A stretch of DNA of 64,000 bases from Octopus vulgaris. Lineage: Eukaryota. Below, one piece after another: positions 56,754 to 64,000 of this stretch. The position numbers and the translations under genes were made by a program. The DNA lies in contig OX597838.1 in assembly GCA_951406725.2 (NCBI GenBank), positions 40,486,001 to 40,550,000 of the forward strand, read 5' to 3'. The notes beneath the pieces were generated by a model. The model was not told where the DNA came from. It ran no database searches and saw only the letters and a list, made by a program, of their open reading frames with translations. Position 1 is the stretch's first letter. The number at the start of each line of letters is the position of its first letter.

Positions 56754-56839
56754 CTCGGTACAATTGTTTCGTACGAGGGCATCTTTAATAAGCTACAAAA
56801 AATGCAGTAAATACAGATGGCTCGTACTCGTCAGCCGAA
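56754..56839 (-). ncRNA. Type I hammerhead ribozyme motif, canonical core
   Basis: ttcgg-CTGACGA-gtacgag...ctcgtac-GAAA-caattg-TA-ccgag; within an insert of about 250 bp (56724-56970) bounded by TA runs. Confidence 0.8.
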
Positions 56840-57197
56840 GAAACATCAGAGAATTCCCAAACATCAAAAGGGGTAGATACAAAGAGGGTGTAAGATTAAC
56901 TGCATTGAAGAAAGTTCGATTCCTGGAGATCCGATGAAAGGTCTTAAACTTACAGAATTTGTGCATGTCTATATATAGCTCATATTGAATTGTTAATTAA
57001 GTTATGTGAAGAAATTTCGGATACAGTCATGCGAAATTTCTGAAAATCCGAGTAAGAAGCAAAGTGCTTTTTTCCTATTTGTAATCACCCCACTTGTCGT
57101 ATGGTTAACACCATATAGATTTCCGGTGCATCCTAGTTAAGGACCATATTCATGTGAATTCATTAGAATTCACTGGAATCTCAATTACTTAAACCGA

Positions 57198-57255
<58 letters not shown>

Positions 57256-57269
57256 TATATATATATATA

Positions 57270-58279
57270 CTATTAAAGACCCGTCGTTGCCGGGTCATAG
57301 TGCTAGTGCATGTATATATGTGTATATATTATGTGTACATATTACATGTACATCTATATATATACATCTACACATAAAATACAAAATACAAAGTTATATC
57401 TTGATATCGCTAGTGATAACAATACTCAGAATATATAACAGACTGGAATTGTTAGCCCGTCTCTTGTAATTTCGATCAATTGTATCTTGTCCTCCCTCTT
57501 GTATAGAAGTGTGGCTACAATCCAGCCTACCTCTACTTCTGGAGGGGGGATTTTAAATTTTTTTCCGGGAATAAAATATATCCACTTTGCAAGTTCGAGT
57601 CGAGTACTCCCTTGCACGCTCCGTTGACTCGAACCTTGCTTCTATTGTGGCGAATTTACCGCCTCTGATTGGATATCTTTCATAGTCGCATCAAGACACT
57701 TTTCGAAGGTGCTTTCCTCCATGTGTTCAAATCTTCTTTTTTCTCTACATTGTATACTTTATAGACAATAGTCTTTTCTTTAATTTAATTTTTTATTATC
57801 CATTTGGACTATTCCATTTCTGCTAGCTAACTTTATTTTTAATTTATTCCCATTCATGTGAAACCACTTATTCAAGTTCAAGTCATTGATGCAATTTTAT
57901 ACCAATTGCTATTTTTACTCTTGTTATGTTACGATTATATTATACTTTAATTTGATTTTAATTATTACTTACTACATATAATTCAATTGTTATTATTATT
58001 TTTATTGTTAAAGTAAAAGTATCTGACATAAAATAGAGAAAAGATTTTGTTTCACTTTTAACACGTAATACTGAAATAGTGGAGAAGATATGATATTGCT
58101 ATGGGCTCGCTCTAGGCAAGAAGTTGAACATATTTTTGCCGATGACACTCCCTGGACCCTAAGTAAGGCATGTGTAAAATTTGAATAAAATTGGTTGTGT
58201 AGTTCTCAAGTTTTAGGGAAACACACAGACAGACAGACAGACAGACACACACACATTCTCAGTTTTATATATATAAAGA
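57270..58279 (-). mobile_element. Putative non-autonomous Helitron-like element
   Basis: Terminal hairpin gacccg-tcgttgc-cgggtc; far end cagttttatatatataaagat as in other copies. Confidence 0.55.
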
Positions 58280-58309
58280 TATATATATATATATATATAT
58301 AACATCCTA

Positions 58310-59530
58310 ACAACTCTACCTGTGTATATATAAATCGTTGGTATTGGAATATGACTACCTTGTACGAATATTTCCTCTGTAGTACTAGGGATGTTTCATT
58401 TATGAGGACGTACTCCTGTATTTGTCTGAGTGTTGGGTCGTCCGGGTGCTTGGATTAAATGCGGATATCAAGTTGACCCAGTATGCCTCCATGTTGTTCT
58501 TTGGCATGCTGGTAAAGTATAGAGGACTGTTCTCTTTTTGTCACGATATTGTCTCAAATGTCCATTTAGTCTTTCCACAATACTCCTAGATGTCTCCCCT
58601 ATGTATGTCATGTTCATGTCTTTACAAGCACCCTCTGTGCGCCTTATGCTGTAGACTACATTTCTAGTTCTACAGTTAATGCCAGGATTAATCCTACATA
58701 CCATATAGTTACCATTGGTGCATATGGTATTCTCAATGGGGTACGTGCTACATAGTTGTGATCTGATGGAGCTCCCTGGGTTTTCAGCGATCTTAATGTT
58801 GAGTTTGGCCTCCTTCAGAGCTTTCTTAAATCTTCGGGTTAGTTCTCCATGGGCTGTAACCTCTACAAACATCACTCCTTTGTATTTGTCGGTCTTGTAC
58901 CACGTATTCACCCCGTTTGCTTTGTCACAAACTCTTTGTATCCTATTCCAGTCTTTCTAGATCTAGGGAACGTACCACTAGTTTTATTACATATAATGTT
59001 ATCGAACTTATTTCTAGCTCCCGTGTATAACCAAACACTATCTTCCTGATCATATTCAGATAACTGCGTGTGGTGCATGAAGTTCTGTACATGTTTCTTC
59101 GTTTTATAGGGTTTGCATGGTGGGGACACGTCTGCTATCAGTATGTTTACTTTCGTGTTGTGTGACAAAGCTGAGTTCTTGCGAACGACATATTCAGAAG
59201 TTACGGGTTCCATGTAATAGGAGTGGAAGAGCTGTACCCTATTGTTTACAGTCTCTAATCAAGGTTCAGTATCAAGGACACAGAGCATATGGTTAGGATG
59301 TCTTGTGGCTAGGAGTTAACTACGTGCTGGATGCTCTCCATTATGCTCCGCTTAGTTTCTACATTACAGTTACTAGAGCATGTCCTGACTAGAATATTAA
59401 TGTCAACTACATACCTACAGTAAAGCAAAACAGTTGTAGATTGTTCCGCTAAGTTTTCTGTCTCACGTGGTCATGAAGAGGCCGACCGCAGCGACACCAA
59501 TGCTTGCACCTTCAACCTACATGTATAGCT
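58310..59530 (-). mobile_element. Decayed Penelope-like element (RT remnant plus GIY-YIG)
   Basis: NCRTRNVVYSI..YIGETSRSIVERLNGH; upstream on the minus strand GASIG and RYVVDI (degenerate YVDD). Confidence 0.8.
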
Positions 59531-59614
59531 TCTTGTTCAACTTTACTATGTGGTTTTCCAAGGTGGTTCTTGTATTCTATTTATGAATATTTACATATAT
59601 TCACATATATACAC

Positions 59615-59872
59615 GTAGCGTAGTAGTTAGGCTGTTGGATTCACTATCGCTGCATCATGGGTTCGATTCTCTAATTGGGCGGCGCGTTTTATTCTTGAGC
59701 AAAACACTTCATTTCACGTTGCTCCAGCACTCTTTTGAGCGAAGATATTGGCCTGCTCGCCTAGCCAGTGGGGTGGTGTCATTTGAATACTAAAACAATT
59801 CAAAACCTATTGTGATCAGTGATGCGTAACAATATCTGATAGCCTGGTCGGTCACGTAATGCCGTGACGTGA
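59615..59872 (+). mobile_element. Diverged SINE family A-like copy
   Basis: B box gggttcgattctc; tail ctgatagcctggtcggtcacg. Confidence 0.75.
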
Positions 59873-60840
59873 TATATATAAATGTGTATATATATATATA
59901 TATATACATATATATAAGTGTGTGCGTATGGTAAATGAGAGACGAAAGATAAAAGATACGAGAATTTATTAATCCCTACAATTGTTTCGACGTATCTAGC
60001 GGGAACGGTGACGCTATAATTACACATAATCTGTATGCATATACATTTATTGGTTTACGTAAATGGATTTAATGAATTTAAAGTAACTGAATTCCTGCAA
60101 ATGAATCTCATGACTGTGTATGTGCGCGTATACGCAAACCTGTGCGTGTGCTCGCGTGTGCATATTCGTATGTATGTGTGTGTTTGAATTAATTTCCAAT
60201 CCTGATGTTGATGCAATGTTCTGATAGATTAGAATTGCATTTCATGAGATTTCAATGTAAGATGACGTTGTAATTTCCGGTTGATTGATACTGAGATCCA
60301 CATTACGTGATATCTTAATAACCTGTACAGTGAACACATTCACTAAACGCCTCACACCCAGCCTCCCCTCATCTCAACGCTATCACTTCCATCTGCTATT
60401 GACACGATACATTTAATTCTCAATTATGAAATTTATTTATTTGTACAATAAGTACTGCCACAGCCCGTGTCTCTAAGCATTGAAGGGCAGTCTGTGATAA
60501 TTAAGGTTTGTATAGGATGAAGTTTTCGACGAAAGATTACTGAGGAGTTCGAGCCAAAAGATAGTAAGCCATCTAAATAGGGCCTGCTCCCTATTTTTAA
60601 TACATGCAGTTGAGTTTGTGTACGACGATTGAATTGATTTATGGGACATGATGTGAAATTTGGCAAAGTTAAAATCTGTGACTGAAAGGAAATGATGTAA
60701 AGTTTAGTATAGATAAGATCAGGGGTCACCAAATTAAGCAGCAGCAACAATTGTCCATTTTAAATAAATTTCCCATAGCCCCTATTATACATTTCAAAGT
60801 TCTATCTTCACAATAAGCCTCTTATATAAAGATAAGACAT

Positions 60841-60977
60841 ACCAACCACATGGTTCCGGGTTCAGTCCCACTGCGTCGCACCTTGGGCAAGTGTCTTCTA
60901 CTATAGCCTCGGGCCAACCAAAGCCTCGTGAGTGGATTTGGTAGACGGAAACTGAAAGAAGCCCATCATATGTATGC

Positions 60978-61024
<47 letters not shown>

Positions 61025-61244
61025 GCGTATCTGTGTTTGTCCCCCCAACATCGCTTGACAAGCGATGCTGGTGTGTGTACGTTCCCGTAACTTAGCGGTT
61101 CGGCAAAAGAGACCGATAGAATAAGTACTAGGCTTACAAAGAATAAGTCCTGGGTCGATTTACTCGACTAAAGGCAATACTCCAGCATGGCCACAGTCAA
61201 ATGACTGAAACAAATAAAAGAGTAAAAGAGGATTATCTTTATTT

Positions 61245-61322
<78 letters not shown>

Positions 61323-61541
61323 GTATCTGTGTTTGTCCCCCCCAACATCGCTTGACAAGCGATGCTGGTGTGTGTACGTTCCCGTAACTTAGCGGTTCGG
61401 CAAAAGAGACCGATAGAATAAGTACTAGGCTTACAAAGAATAAGTCCTGGGTCGATTAACTCGACTAAAGGCAATACTCCAGCATGGCCACAGTCAAATG
61501 ACTGAAACAAATAAAAGAGTAAAAGAGGATTATCTTTATTT

Positions 61542-61545
<4 letters not shown>
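60841..61545 (+). mobile_element. SINE family B with tandem duplication of its 3' half plus flank
   Basis: About 61025-61245 repeated at about 61318-61545, bounded by (GT)n. Confidence 0.88.
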
Positions 61546-61594
<49 letters not shown>

Positions 61595-61862
61595 TGTATG
61601 TATGAGAACACATTATGTTTAAAGACGAACAATAATGGGTACAGAAAGAGAGAGAGAGAGAGAGGAGAGACAATGCGAGAAAGTGAGAGACAGATAGACG
61701 CAGAAGAATATGGAAATCAGGTGAAATATTCTCCATTCTGATCTATCAATTGAATTCAGTGCAAATCATTGATTAACCGTCAAATGGGACAAGTTCAGAT
61801 TCTTGTTTGTAATATTTTTACTCTGTGCGGCTTTTAGTATTGCTGCTGTTCCCATTTATAAT

Positions 61863-61945
<83 letters not shown>

Positions 61946-63714
61946 GAAGACAGAGAGAGAGAGAGACAGAGAGAGAGAGTCAGAGTGTTTGTGTTTGTGT
62001 GTGTTATCTTGATATTCATAAGTACATTCTTTCTCCAAGAACGTTTTTGATATCAATCTATATATAGAGAGAGATAGAGATATAGATAGAGACATCCACC
62101 TACGTGTATACATATATCTATATACACACATTCATACACAAACGTTTATATTTCGTTTATTTCTTTAATGTTTTAAAGATTTTTCGTTTTGTGTTTGACA
62201 TATTTTCACCTTTAATTATAAAAAAAAAAAACTCAGCTTCGTATAAAGAAAAAAAAAAGGAAATAGAAGGAAGTAACAACAACTCCAACAATAACAAAAA
62301 AGAACTGGTGATAAATATCGATAGAAGAAATGGCATTTGGCTCCTTGTCAAATACCAGCTGTTTTTAGTGTTCAGGACTAACTGCGAAGAATTGATATCA
62401 CGTGACTGGTGTTCTCCGATAACTACACATATAAACGCAGACAAACACACACACACACACACACAGAGAGAGAAATACACACATACACACACATACCAGA
62501 CAAACGAATATTATTAATGGTTAATTCAGAAAAAAGTGCCATTACAGAAACTGCAAAAACAAACATGAAAATAATATCATTTTTCCCATCTCAAAATCGT
62601 TCTCACTCCCTCCTTCTTTCTCTCTCTTTCTCTATCTCTTACGTGTTATTTCCCTTTCTCTATCGTTTTCTATCTCTCTCTTTTTCCATTAACCAACATA
62701 TTATGTGTTTTGAAGCCACTGCACTTTATAACTCATATCCACCGATATCTTCTCACCTTACTGCCCCAGCTTTGGCAATCGATAAAGCTTTAATATTAGT
62801 ATAAGTGGGAAATAAATAAATAAATAAGTGGGAATAAATATATAAATAAAATGGCGTCTGAAACTCCGTAAGGTGTTGATTCCATTCTCTTGCAGATTTT
62901 TCGTAATATTTTTCAGATTTTAAAGAAAAAAGTTGCTATTTTCTGATGTCCGATGTAATTTTTCCTCGAGAATTTAACCAACGTAATTACATGAAGAGTT
63001 TCAGCCAAGGGTGAAACTCGTAGCCACAGCCAAAAAAGCTGGGAGTTAATCTACGGTTCTTCATTGGTTTTTGGTGAATATTGATTTCTTTGCAATAGTC
63101 TCAATAATATGATGAAAGCAAAACATGATTATATGTGTGAGTGTGTGAGAGCGTGTGTGTGTGTGTGTTGAGAGAAGTAGCTACGCAGAAATAAATACTA
63201 TTCAGACGAGTTATTAGGATGTCAATTATGATTGGCCTGCTCTTTGAGATTACCCTATTACTATTGTAGATTAAATTAAATACTTCATTTTCTCAACGCA
63301 CCTCTTGTGCTAACGCCCAAACATCTCTTTGCACCTCAATGACACGATACCACTACATGCATCGCAACAGGATGGGAACAATTTGTGGCCAACCAAAGCA
63401 ACCAAAACCTGACAAAGAACATTTGACTAAGCTGTTGAGTATTTCTAATTTCTTTGTCTTGTGGTAATTGTTATTATTTCACAGACGCGTCTAATAAAAA
63501 TCGCAACAGGGTCCAAACTCACTCTGCCCTATTTTGTTTGTTTTTTTTACTTTTTTGACATAAAAAACTAATATGAAATCCTAATTTCACTTAAGAGGAT
63601 GTAACTATTTAATCTGCGGGAGAAGTAACATCTCCGACTGCCCCTCGATCGGTTTCGATGTCACTTATGGGAAGGCCTGATCATATATGCCAGACATCAC
63701 AACAATCTAATCAA

Positions 63715-64000
63715 GTAATCTTGGGTCATACATATCATCATCTGGAAAAGATTTTCTAACTAGAAAGGATATGACCTGGTCAGCCTGTAATAACATGCGT
63801 AAGATCTGGTCATCAAATCTAAGAAGAGACTTCAAACTTGAAATCTTCAAAGCCACAGTCGAACCAATTCTACTATATGGCTCAGAAACCTGGAAGCTTG
63901 AAAGGCGGTTGGATGGAACCTACACTCGCCTCCTTATGAGAGCTCAAAATCTCGTGGAATCGTCATCCAACCAAAATGCAAATATATGGGGAACTACCAC
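63715..64000 (+). mobile_element. RTE-like LINE, post-RT region, running off the window
   Basis: LGSHISSSGKDF..WSACNNMRKIWSSNL..KLEIFKATVEPILLYGSETW..RLDGTYTRLL. Confidence 0.8.

Overview
AT-rich, repeat-saturated eukaryotic DNA, intergenic or intronic. The SINE families and the dense (TA)n/(GATA)n/(TATG)n/(TAA)n microsatellites suggest an octopus or other cephalopod genome (inference). I could not support any intact host gene; nearly all ORFs in the track are microsatellite artefacts. Recognisable content: three tRNA-derived SINE families, non-LTR retrotransposon fragments (Tx1/L1-like, HERO-like, R4/Dong-like, CR1-like, RTE-like), two Penelope-like GIY-YIG fragments, DD37D/maT-type Tc1/mariner relics and non-autonomous Helitron-like elements. 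The most notable signal is a population of short, mostly ORF-less inserts in (TA)n tracts that carry type I hammerhead-ribozyme motifs with palindromic stem III and/or fold-back inverted arms, i.e. Penelope pLTR-like units. These include a hammerhead with a swapped G3-C8 core pair and a three-copy family with an A6U core. Separately, several (TA)n tracts contain exact copies of nearby sequence. All structures were folded by eye; coordinates are hand-counted and may be a few bases off.
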